Source: Octopus vulgaris (taxonomy: Eukaryota). Taken from it: a stretch of 64,000 bases of DNA. Shown piece after piece: positions 40,318-51,994 of the stretch. The stretch lies in NCBI GenBank assembly GCA_951406725.2, contig OX597823.1:23436001-23500000 (forward strand), given 5' to 3'. The notes beneath the pieces are model-generated. The model ran no database searches. It saw only the letters and a list, made by a program, of their open reading frames with translations, and was not told the origin of the DNA. The translations under genes and the position numbers were made by a program. Within the stretch, counting starts at the first letter, position 1. The number at the start of each line of letters is the position of its first letter.

Positions 40318-43300
40318 GTAATTATTTTTTGTATTATATTATTGGACTTTTTCCTGAAATTTGTGATTCCATTTATACATCAGGAAATATAGACAAGGAC
40401 TTCTGTAAAAATATTTGCAGGTTTGCCAAAAAGGACAAATATAGACATGTTCCAGAAAAGGAATGCAATACTAGAAACTATAAATATTGATAAGGCATTG
40501 TCATATAGCAATTGTTCATCTTGAATATTTTCAACTCTTGTCTTTGTTGCATAGAAACAGTTGTCATAATAACAACAACTTTGTCAATGTTGGCATGGCT
40601 TAAACAGCTTTGTTATTGTACATTGTCTCACCAGTTGTTGCTGCTCTTTATAATTTGATACACAAAAGGCCTAAGCAAAAAATGACAATATGTGGTCAGG
40701 TATCTCCTGTATTATGGTAAGGTTGTTATGGCTAGGGTTCCTTCATATTGCCAACCATTATGTTACATAAAGAAAGTACATTTTCCCATGCTACATGAAA
40801 GAGAGAAGTTTTCTATTGGGAATATGGAATCTTCTCACCATAAAATAAGTTCCCATTCAAAATAGTTCCATGGAATAAAGAACAAAGCAAACAAATTCAC
40901 TCATGCATTTCGTACTTTTTCATTGAAATCCAATCCATCCTTCTTGAAACCATGAACTTCAAGGGAAATTCACTATGTATAATGAACTCAATATTAGAAT
41001 GCTCATAAATGCTAGGATGTCATTGCTATCATGATGAATCTTTTTAGCTCAAAAAGATAGGTGAGTCATTTTTGTATATCTAACTGCAATATTTACTTTG
41101 GGCACTTTCAATAACTTCATGCACATTCACAGCTCAGGTTCATACAGGAGCTTGGCAATTTCAGGTAATATGAACAGCTATGTCATGAAAAGATTTAGGA
41201 AGAATCTAACAGGAATTTACTTGAATTATATTCAACTAAATGGATATTGCTTTAAACCTGAAATTAAGTATTACATGAGTATTTCTCCTACAGAAAGACA
41301 TACAAATGCCTTCATCAGAATTTCAATTACTACTACCAAGTTATAATAAGAAACTTAGTAGCTGGTATTGCTGAAAGTATCTATAATTTATCATCAAATA
41401 ATGATGTTTTTGTCAGTTTATTTACAAGGTGTTAGCTAAGATTGGCTTTAGTGAGAACTTAGTATACAAAGTATCTCCATACATGAAGTGAATTAGGAAG
41501 AGAAAAAGAAAACTTGATTCAACTTTCTTTTCAATTTAAATGTCTCCATGAACACAGAGAGGAAATTTTAAGTATCCTGCATTAGACACTATTTCTCAGG
41601 CATGCATATGAATAACAAGCTTATTAATGTGCATGGTATTATGGTTTAGTACTCCTATCCAGATAACATTTCTCCAGCAATGTCTACTACAATAGAATTG
41701 CTTTCATTCAGTATTTTTACCAGACACCCACCTGAAATTGCCAAAATCAATCCACCTCTCCATTGAGAAAATTCTTCCTTTCTAAGATAGAGGTATATAG
41801 AGTAACTCGTACTCCTCTTGATGGGATTAACAGACAAATATTTCAGAGAAAGTTTCACTCAGCATATATCTCCTTTTTATGTGAAAACTTCAGGAACAGG
41901 GAAACAATCTGTCCAGCATAACCTTGAGCTTACTCAACACATGCATGCACACTAAGAATAAACCTATATGCATATGTATGTGTGAAGGTGCATTGCTTGG
42001 TGGTTAGGGTATTCAGCTCATGATTATAAGGTCATGTATTGGATTCCCAGTTGCATGTTCAATTCCTGATGACACTTCATTTCATGTTGCTCCAGTCCAT
42101 TCAGCTGGCAAAAGTGAGTTGTACCTGTTATTCAAAGGGCCAGCTTTATCACGTTCTGTGTCATATTGAATCTCCCTGAGTACTCTGTTAAGGCTTTGTG
42201 TGTCTGTGGAGTACTCAGCCACTTGCATGTCAATTTCATGAGCAGGCTATTTAATTGATTGGATCAACTGGAACATCCCAACTTGATACCCCATCAGAAA
42301 TGATGGGTAGGACTGCCAGAAATAATATTTTATTACAGGTGTGTTTTTATCAAAAATTGACTGGTTTTTAATGCTACATATTTCTAAGTGAAAAAAATGC
42401 TTAAAAGTGTTATGGACAGATATCAACTTCATAACTCAAGGAATGTTATATGGGTCTGTAGAAATGAACTGCCTAACAGAAGCAGTCAAAAGAAAAAAAA
42501 CATCATCAACAATAATAAAGAATAAATAGAATATATACATCAATGTACAAACACCAAGAACAATGGCTATAAGAACACCACTACACACCAACTGATAATC
42601 AAATTCTAAAAGTAGATGAAGAAACATACAACACACTGAAGAAAAATATTCCAAGGGAATGGGAGATTTCTGAGAAAATATAAATGAAAGAATATACAGA
42701 GGATTTACTTGTGGAAACACTTGCAAGAAGCCAGAAGGATGGAACACAGATCCTTCTCACCTTTGTCCTTCTAACTGAACATAGCCTCACTGAAAATGGA
42801 TGGTCTGAATGCATATGGACTGGGATTGCCTTTGGAAGTAGGGTCACCAGCTCAGCCACCTTAGATCATGAAACAGATGTAGTGACCATTAGCAAGACCG
42901 TCTTGATTTGCTACAAATTGTATGCATCTTCAAAATTACTGGGAGTGGATAGTATAATCAGTGTTGATTTGGAAAGGGTTAGATCTTGTGATATGGACTA
43001 TTTCTCTAGTTCCAGAAGGTGACTGAAAGATGCAGTTTACTTTCTTTTGAATGTTTGTACATTGAAATTGACTGGGGTGACCATTGTTGTTGTTGCATAG
43101 AGGTTTTGAAGCATTTTAGATAATAATGTAGAAATACCATGTAAGTGAAATTTTGAATAAAATATTAAGAAGCCATCTCTTGCACAGTTTTTTAAAATAG
43201 ATAATTTATTATAAAACACAATCCATCCACAAAATTATTGTTTGGTGTAAGACACTTTCATCCAAATTCATGGAATTTCTGGTGCATCATAAAACATATT

Positions 43301-43677
43301 CAAAACCTTGCCTCAAAGTTGTAGATAATCCCAAGCTTGGTGTGCTTTGGCTTAAGATTTAATAGCCATAACAACACTTAAGTCATTAGTTTAAGGAAGT
43401 TTTGACTCTGCAAAAGTACACCATCAGAAAAGGGATGCATAAATAAATTATTTGCAATATATTTGTTGAAACAAGGTTTCAGGTGGATTTCAAGATGAAC
43501 TACAACTGATATGAATATTGAATAGGGTGCCATTTAATGGATCAAATATTTATTTACAATAATTTATTTATTTGAATAAACTATGCATAACTTGCTTTAT
43601 AATATTTAATATATATGTGTGGTGCATGTATGTGTGTGTGTGAAAATATGAAATTAATTTCTTTTCTTTTTTTCCAG

Positions 43678-43908
43678 CTGATGACGTGACTTTTGTATTT
43701 AAAAGTATTACCATACCAGGGCAGAATAATATGGGACGGCTTAAGAAATTGAAGTTAAAAGAGTGTCATCAATCTTGTCTACATCTAGGATGTAATTCTT
43801 ATGAGTACAATGAGAAAACTAAGTTTTGTGATCTAAGTAATGCGACTCACATGACCCATGAACTTGAAACCAGCTTTGAACATTGGGATCTTTATATTAT
43901 TAATCCAG
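43678..43908 (+). CDS. Exon B3: PAN/Apple domain, type b
   Basis: ttttccag|CT..CCAG|gtcagt; 231 nt, phase 1-1; DDVTFVFKSITIPGQNNMGRLKKLKLKECHQSCLHLGCNSYEYNEKTKFCDLSNATHMTHELETSFEHWDLYIINP. Confidence 0.9.
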
Positions 43909-43991
43909 GTCAGTAGAATGTTTTCTTATTTTATTTATTGTCTATATGTGTTTACATATATGTGTGTGTGTATTTATGTTTGTTTGTATAT

Positions 43992-44050
<59 letters not shown>

Positions 44051-44111
44051 GATAGATATACGTTTATCAATTCATTTTGCAAGATTCCTGATGTGAAATT
44101 GTGTATTGAAA

Positions 44112-44775
44112 CATATATTGTTGTATTTCAGGATGGTCATTTTATTTATTCATTTTGGGGGGGGGGGGAGGAGGGGGCAAATAAACACACACACACTATA
44201 TTTTTTTCTTCATTCGATTACTACTATTATTTTATTATTTTAACATCCGTCCATTGTCTGGAAATCTTTTGTCACACATCTGTGACCTCTTCAGTGACAC
44301 TTTTTGTTTCCGTGTGTGTTCTTGCTCCACTTACTCTATTATGTTCTTCTAAGATGTGTATCTTTATGTGCACATGTGTTTGTGTCCTTGTTTGTGTTTG
44401 TGTGTGTGCATGCATGCATGTATATGTCTTAGTTTTTAGGAGCCCCAACTCCATTGTGCTGCTGCTGTCCTAAGACCTGAGGGAAAAAAAAGTGGGGTGA
44501 GAGGTTGGGGCTAAGGGGAAGGCCACACTGCTGCTAAAAACTAAGACACACATGCAAACATAGACACACAAGAACACACGGAAACAAAATGTGTCACTGA
44601 AGAGGTCACAAATGTGTGAAGAAAGATTTCCGGACAATGGACAGGCATTAAAATAATAAAATAACAATAATAAACAAGTGAAGAAAAAATAAAAACATAG
44701 AGTGTGCATGTGTTTATTTGACAAAACAAAAATGATAAATAAAATGACCATCCTGAAATACAACTATATATATAT
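44112..44775. mobile_element. ~660-bp imperfect fold-back element with a hammerhead-like motif in each arm
   Basis: gttgtatttcaggatggtcatttt versus aaaatgaccatcctgaaatacaac; arms share tgtca-CTGAAGA-ggtcaca..tgtga-(G/A)AAA-gatt-TC. Confidence 0.75.
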
Positions 44776-45844
44776 ATATATATATTTTCAAAATGTAACC
44801 ACATGTGAATCATTGGTGATTTTCTTCCTCCATCTTCCTTTCTATTGGATTTTATTCTGTTCCTGAAGAAGAGTGTTGCTCGAAATGTTAAACCATCTTT
44901 CTTCCCTTCCTTGAGCATCTGCTAATACTTTACATGTTCCATGTGCTCGCGTTGTAGTGTTTTTTCTTCTTCCTTTTGGGATTTACTATATATATATTGA
45001 AATATAAAGATAACATTCAGGAATCCAAGTGTAGGATGTTTGTAAGCTCCAAGCTGTCCGTAGTAGCTACAGAATGCAAAAAGTGGACAGTGTATAGTCA
45101 GTAATAACAACAATTTATTGGTGCCAAAGGTTACACACTTTTTCCCATATCAAAGTTACATGGAAATTTGATAAGCTGAGACTTTCCACAGAGCTCATGG
45201 TTAGCAACTAGGGTTGCTTTAAATGTGAATAAAAAGGCTCTCATATTTGCACTAAATATGAGAGGAAATATAGATATTATCCTGGCAGCCTGTGGAATTG
45301 TTATAAAATTTGACAGAAAACTTTGGGCCTGCAAGGACACTCCAATTACTTCAACATCCCAAGGTGGGTGAGTGACTCAACTTTCAATCCATTGAATTAT
45401 CCTACTCCACCACAACTAACATTGCCAATATTATTTGATGACTTAACAATAGGAAGTTACATAACCAGAAGAAAGTTAACTGTAATCATACAAATACAAT
45501 ATTCTAACTCACAGTTTCCTGACCATAATCCTAGATCATCCTTATACCTTCCTACCAGTCCCAACTTTCACCCCACTATCCCTAATCCTAGTACTCCATC
45601 CACTACCTGTAACCAGCTTAGAGATCAGGCTACACCAATTACTGAAGTAGGGAATAATAGAGATATCACCAGACATGAGAGCTACTATAAAATACATCTT
45701 CTGGATAGCTCCCTCATCACTACCACCACCACCACCACCACCACCACCATATAAATGTGAGTGTCTCACCCCAGTAGCTCCCTAACTAATCCTCCAACAT
45801 CCCTTCAACTTTGATTTCTCCTATAACCATTACTACTTGGCATT

Positions 45845-46203
45845 ATTACCTGTGCCTTAGCAAAGGTGGAGGTATTGTTTTCAGTCCTGTTTGTTTGTCC
45901 ATGGACAAGATATCTCAAGAACCACTGGATGGATTCAAATGAAACTTTTAGGAATGTTTGGCCTCATGACTGGCATAGACTGATTAGATTTGGGGATCGA
46001 TCCAGTACCGGATAAGGATTCTGGATTATTTTTCCTGTTTTTTTTTACTTAATTTTTGAGAGTGGTTGGGTTCATTTTTAGTATTCTCATTTGTGAGAGC
46101 AGTTGAATTTATTTCAGATATTCTCACTTTAAAAATAATCTCCGGCTAATCATTGAGAGGATATTGGTGTTGCCTTGGCAGAGGTTTACACTCTCTGAGT
46201 GCT
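45845..46203 (+). mobile_element. Helentron-associated non-autonomous element (HINE/DINE-like), full copy
   Basis: ttacctgtgccttagcaaaggtggaggt ... ccttggcagaggtttacactctctgagtgc; subterminal repeats plus 3' hairpin. Confidence 0.65.
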
Positions 46204-46519
46204 CTTGTTTTTATATATTTCCTTTACTTTGTGGTCTCCTTATTTTTCCTATTTCTGTCTTTTTTGTATACCCTCTAATTCATGTACTTTTTCCTCTTAC
46301 CCTTTTTCTTCTACCCTTTTTTTCCCATTTTTCCTTTCTTTTCCTTTTTTAACTACTTTTTTCTCTTCTCTTTATTTCTTGTTTTTTCATGCACTTTTTG
46401 CTCTCCTTGTAGTTTGCGCATATACTTGCACACCTACAGCTTGCATGTCTAGATATATGCATGATTTATATAGTAGAAGCATTGATATATGTAGAAACTT
46501 GACAAATAAATTACTACTG

Positions 46520-46617
<98 letters not shown>

Positions 46618-46705
46618 CAAAAGCAAAGATCAAATAAATAGTGTATGTGCTTGTTTGGCAAAAGATGATCATCTCTAAATGAAATAATATATTAAATTCA
46701 GCTTA

Positions 46706-46970
46706 TGTTGAGATGTATTGAAAGATACAGATAAGGAAACATTTTTAATTTCAAACACTAATATTGCTAATAATATAGCATGAACAGGATAAACTATTGA
46801 TATTTTGGAGAAAAATCTGTCGGTAGCCAGCCATGTCTCATAGCTGGCAGCCTACAGATTTTTCTGTAAAATTTGGATAGTTTATCCTGTTCAAGCTATA
46901 TTATTAGCATTATCCTGCATTTGAGAATAAAATAATTTCCTTATCTGTATCTTGAAATAATGTTTCAACA
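46706..46970. repeat. ~260-bp palindromic MITE-like element
   Basis: aagatacagataaggaaa / tttccttatctgtatctt and tgctaataatatagcatgaacaggataaacta / tagtttatcctgttcaagctatattattagca; centre near 46835. Confidence 0.8.
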
Positions 46971-47010
46971 CACTATTTCACATCAATAACCTTGCAAAAC
47001 AAATATGTAA

Positions 47011-47052
<42 letters not shown>

Positions 47053-47053
<1 letters not shown>

Positions 47054-47746
47054 CATTTAAATAATGAGGGAGATAAATTGAATATTAATTTAATTAATAT
47101 CAATTTAAAACCAGTAGCCTAGCATACAAAAATCTGAAAAATCAGAGAAAATTCTAATACATGTGTATATTTTAAGGGCTAAAAACATGTGTATATTTTA
47201 AGGGCTAAAAACCACTATGTGGACAGCCATATGCTAGAAATAGATCACCTACGATCAAACTACAAAGAAAGAATGTTCTCTAGAGAAAAATTCAGCAGAC
47301 ACCAAAACAATAGGCAGGCAAGACAGATGAAAATTATATAAAAAACAAGAATTAATCGCAAACCAATTTCGCCTATTAACGAATAAATCACTTACGTAAT
47401 CCTTCGTCCATAGGACTCATCAGTACGATCGTTCCAAAAGCAATATAATTTATAAAACTAACCACCAGTTTTCCATATAAAAACAGACACGTGCTTAGTT
47501 CCACCGATTACATTGGGGAGTTTTGGCGCGCTAAATTCCGGAAACAAAAACTGCAGCAAATAATTTACTGCAGTTAATGCTGCCTATTAGAGAACATATT
47601 TATTTTAACATTTAAATAATGAGGGAGATAAACTGAATATTAATTTAATTAATATCAATTTAAAACCCGTAGCCTAGCATACAAAAATCTGAAAAATCAG
47701 AGAAAATTCTAATACATGTGTATATTTTAAGGGCTAAAAACCACTA
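47053..47746 (-). mobile_element. Penelope pseudo-LTR-like / retrozyme-like unit with ~140-bp direct terminal repeats (period 555 bp)
   Basis: acatttaaataatgagggagataaa..aagggctaaaaaccacta at 47053 and again at 47608; abuts (TA)n; contains a hammerhead motif. Confidence 0.7.
47355..47429 (-). ncRNA. Type I hammerhead ribozyme motif with long stem II
   Basis: Minus strand: ATCGTA CTGATGA GTCCTATGGACGAAGGATTAC-GTAA-GTGATTTATTCGTTAATAGGC GAAA TTGG TT TGCGAT. Confidence 0.7.
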
Positions 47747-48110
47747 CCATCTGAACATGGTTGATACCAGTGCCCCCTGACTGGTTTCCATGCCAGTAGC
47801 TTGTTAAAAGCACCATTTACTAGTATGTTTTAACTTAGTGTATGCAACTCACTACACTCTCAGAGTGGCTGGCGTTAGGGAGGGCATCCAGTTATAGAAA
47901 CATTGCCAGATTAGATTGGAGCCTGGTGCAGCCCACTGGCTTGCTAGACATCAGTCAAACTGTCCAACCCATGCTAGCATGGATGGTGAATGTTAACCAA
48001 TGATGATGATGATGATACATACACATACAAACTCTGTCATTATCACCTCATTTTCATCCTCTTCCTAACATATGTGTACCATTGGTAATTATTTCTGCTC
48101 TTAATTCCAG

Positions 48111-48281
48111 TTTATGGAAGAATCAACTGTAAATCTCCAAAAGATGTTGTTGGTGCATCAAAGTCCTATGATGTTACCACCTATAAATCTGAAGTGATCT
48201 ATACTTGCCCAAATGGAAAAAAATTTAAGTCAGTATGTGAAAAGGACAGTAAATGGAGTTCAGTAGCATCTGTTTGTAAAG
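48111..48281 (+). CDS. Exon S5: Sushi/CCP-like domain
   Basis: ttccag|TT..AAAG|gtactg; 171 nt, phase 1-1; YGRINCKSPKDVVGASKSYDVTTYKSEVIYTCPNGKKFKSVCEKDSKWSSVASVCK. Confidence 0.9.
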
Positions 48282-50539
48282 GTACTGTAAATAACTTCTC
48301 TCTTGTTAACTTTGAGCTTGCAATTTTGTTTTATGTTTGGCTTTATGTCTTTGCCAGAAGGTTTATTAACTATATGACGACTTTCACAGTGTTTCTAGCT
48401 GTTGTGAGGGTGAGAGGTTGTTATTCTCAGACCAGTGACTTTGCCAAACACTTACAGCAGAGTGAACTCCATTGTTTGTACTGAAGGGCCAAATAACACT
48501 ATTAAACTGAAAGCATTGAAGCTTGTTCCTTCCAGCTGGATTCCACACAGTTTCCATCCACCAGATTTCATCCTTAGTTGTGAAGTAAATTTTTTTACCA
48601 CAAAACCAAGACTCCACCCAGTACCACAAAGTTATGAAGTAAACTTCTTATGCTCAGGAAGTAGATCTCTTAATTTCTAACTTCACCTTTTTGCATATAA
48701 CATGCTTCATCATCCCAAATTCTGTGCAGTATAATGCCCTGATTCCTTTTCCACAAGAATCCAACAATACTCTAATGATTGTTCCAATCCATCATCCTTA
48801 TTATAAATGCAACTAAAAGGGAAAAGGCTAACATCCTCCATATTTACTATTATGTTTTAACTTAGTGTATGCAACCCTGTTGTTCTTTAATTCTTTAACA
48901 GCAGTAGCAATCAGATTCCTCCATAGTTTCTTCTCTGATGCAAAAGCTTCCCAGATTTTGGTATCAACATAAATCTTTGTAAGTGTGCCTCTAAAATTGT
49001 CTTTGGAACTCTTTTGTGACTTGCACCAGGATGGTTTCCTTGTTTCAACTCACCATACAACACCTCATTTGGCATATGGGTGTCCTCTTGACCTTTTTCA
49101 GCTGTATCATGCTTCATCATCCAGAACCCTGTACAATATAATGCTCTAAGTCTTTCTTCATTACAATTCAGCAATCCTTCCAAATAGTCTTCAAGGATTT
49201 AATGAATATGCCAATCTGACACCCTTAATTATTATAAATACAACTAATAATAATAATAATGGTTTCTAATTTATTGACAAGGCCAGGCATTTTTGATAAC
49301 AGGACTTTAATTTTTGCCACTAACATCTGTATTTGCATGTTGATATTATTTTATCAACCCCCAAATGGATAAAAGGAAAAGTCGACTTTGGCTGGATTTG
49401 AACTCAGAAAATAAAGAATGATACGAAGGATTTCTTCCAATGTTTTAATGATTCTTTGAGTCAACAATCCTTAATTATAAACATAATGATAATGATTTCT
49501 TTTATTTGCTACCCGTGCAGTGGCTAAGGTTGATGATTCATAGACAGACATATTGTGTGATGGATTACATAGAATCAAATAAGTATAAAGAAAATGTAAG
49601 TGCACATGGTATACATTTAAAAAGGACGATGATGATACTAGTGATGATGATGATATAATCCGGCTGATACAGGAGCACTTCTATTTAGTGTCTAACAGGA
49701 AACCCTACAATTCACAATTACTGTGAATACTTAATGTCCTCACTGATTGTCATTCTCTGATACAGACTTGTCCCATCAACTCTTTAGCAAATTTAGCCAC
49801 TTTCAAGCACTGTTCAAAGAATTCACTCAAGAACAGTATCTCCCTCATCACTCTTTCTATTATTTACAAATGAAACTTGACAAGACAATGAGTTAGTAAT
49901 CAAACACAGTAGTCTCAGTCTTAGGACAATTTAACTTTATCCACTTTCAACTTATTTTGCTATGGCTTAAAGAATGTAACATGATTAGTGCTAGTTCCAA
50001 GATAGAATACAAACAGTATACTCTGTAAAGTTGTTGGTGAGTAAAAAGAGAGATGATAGTGTTGAGAGGATCCTTTAATTTTGTGTGATGCTGATGCCAT
50101 GATGAAATAAACATTGTACACTGTCTATAAACTGGTTGGTGTTAAGAGCATCCAGCCAAATAAACTATGCCAAACAAAACAAAAGTGAGAAGTGACCCCA
50201 CAACTTTGACCATGGCTTGAAGGACAGTAACTCTGAATAAGAACTGGCACAGATGTGACAAGTTGTCCTATGCAAGCCAGGATCGTGAAACGTGGAAATA
50301 AGGATAATACTTACTCTTTATATACATGTGTGTATATAAAGGGTAAGATCTTCCTTGGCTTATTGGGTAAACTGTTACCTTGTATAAATATGTTCCATAA
50401 AATTTTTAATTGACTCACTTTAAAATTCTTTTAGGTGTGTACCTAGTATTAACAAAATATTAGTAGGTTGGTTCACACACGAGACAGATGCTAGATGTTC
50501 ATATAGAGGCCACACCACATGGCAATTCAACAGCCACTG

Positions 50540-50910
50540 CATCACAGAGACACTAAAAAAATTCCAGTGGGTAGTCAAACATGTAGAAGAATGTGGGCAT
50601 GATAGAACATTGTTTCAAGACCAGTTTCAGCAACCTTAAATCCTCCTTTAATATTCTCAGAAGACACAATGTCACAGCTGTTAGGCATGTATTGTCATTG
50701 AAGGAAAGGGCCACAGATGAGAACATTAAGTCAATGTCATGGAGAAGTGCAAACCTTATTTTAATTATGGCAGAAAATGCAGACTAAACTGAACTGAGAC
50801 AGAATTATATTAAAAAGATTCTCTTCACCTGGACATGTACCAAAACTGTGGAAATGGGATTTTCATCCTGTGCCCACATGAGAGAAGGTATATGTTAGCT
50901 TACCTATGAG
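50540..50910 (+). mobile_element. Decayed Penelope-like GIY-YIG fragment
   Basis: ..FKTSFSNLKSSFN....RHVLSLKE.., GRKCRL, CPHERRYML motifs, homologous to the ~20900-21170 block. Confidence 0.55.
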
Positions 50911-51823
50911 GTCCATCATTATCATAAATGTGAGGACTGTCATTATCAATCCTCCCATATAACATTCTGAGATTCCAGTAAATTTTGACCAAACCATAGA
51001 TACACGAACACACATGTGCACCTAAAATATGATGTTAAAAATTTGGGCACCTAGCCAATTCTTTATCCAAATTTAAAACCCTTTACACACATATCAACCA
51101 CCTCAAATTTGATATGTAGATACTGGCGGTATCAGGGCGTGTATAAGTCTTGAAAAAATTACAAAAATCGATTCCAGGTGAGAATGCGATCGATAAAGCC
51201 ATGGGAATGTGCATTTGTATGCGCAAGTACATCAGCTGTTGTGATTGATACTACGCATACGCGAGAAAAATGCATGTGCAGTTTGCGCAAAAAAAGCCGG
51301 CTGGCTTTAGATAATACCACAAAATGCAGTATATTTAAGAGACCAAAAAAAAGTAAGATGCAAAAGAGATATTTTCTTCAAACTTGGCATGAAGGAAGGA
51401 AAGACTATTTGGTTTCTCAAGAAGTTTTTTTTTGCCTTAACTTCATTTAACAAAGCCAAAAATTTTTTTGAAATAAAGGCATGCTTAATTATTTTTTAAT
51501 GAAAAGAACTGTTTAAACCATGTTTGTGTTCTCCCAGTCAACAGCCTTATCATTACTGGTACTTTAAACACTTCGGTTGCATATTTGTGTGAATAAAATC
51601 GTTTTTCTTTGGAATAGAAAAAAAGTCTATCTTTATTTCTTCTTTTGCTGGTGTCTCAAATTTAGGTTAAATCAGTGTTTCTTAAAGGGGAGGCCTATGG
51701 GACAGTCGGACAAGTTGTTTTGAGAAAATTTGGTTTAAATGTTTGACAACTCAGCACCGTCCATTGAATGGTGGGTGGGGGCACGTTTTGCTCATTGATA
51801 TTAATATCTGTTTTCAATTTCAG

Positions 51824-51994
51824 ATTATGAAAACATTGACTGCAGAACTCCAAGAGAAATTATTAATGCGTCGAAGTCCTACAGAACCACCACCTATAAA
51901 TCAGAAGTGACTTATATTTGCCCAAAGGGAGAAAAACTAAAGTTGATATGTGAAAAGGACAGCAAATGGACTCCAGCAGCAGCGTCTTGTAAAG
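51824..51994 (+). CDS. Exon S6: Sushi/CCP-like domain
   Basis: tttcag|AT..AAAG|gtaata; 171 nt, phase 1-1; YENIDCRTPREIINASKSYRTTTYKSEVTYICPKGEKLKLICEKDSKWTPAAASCK. Not present in the ORF track. Confidence 0.9.

Noticed and set aside
44860-44895. CTGAAGA-AGAG..CTC-GAAA-TG-TT hammerhead-like string
   Set aside because: Stem II is out of register and there is no convincing stem I or III.
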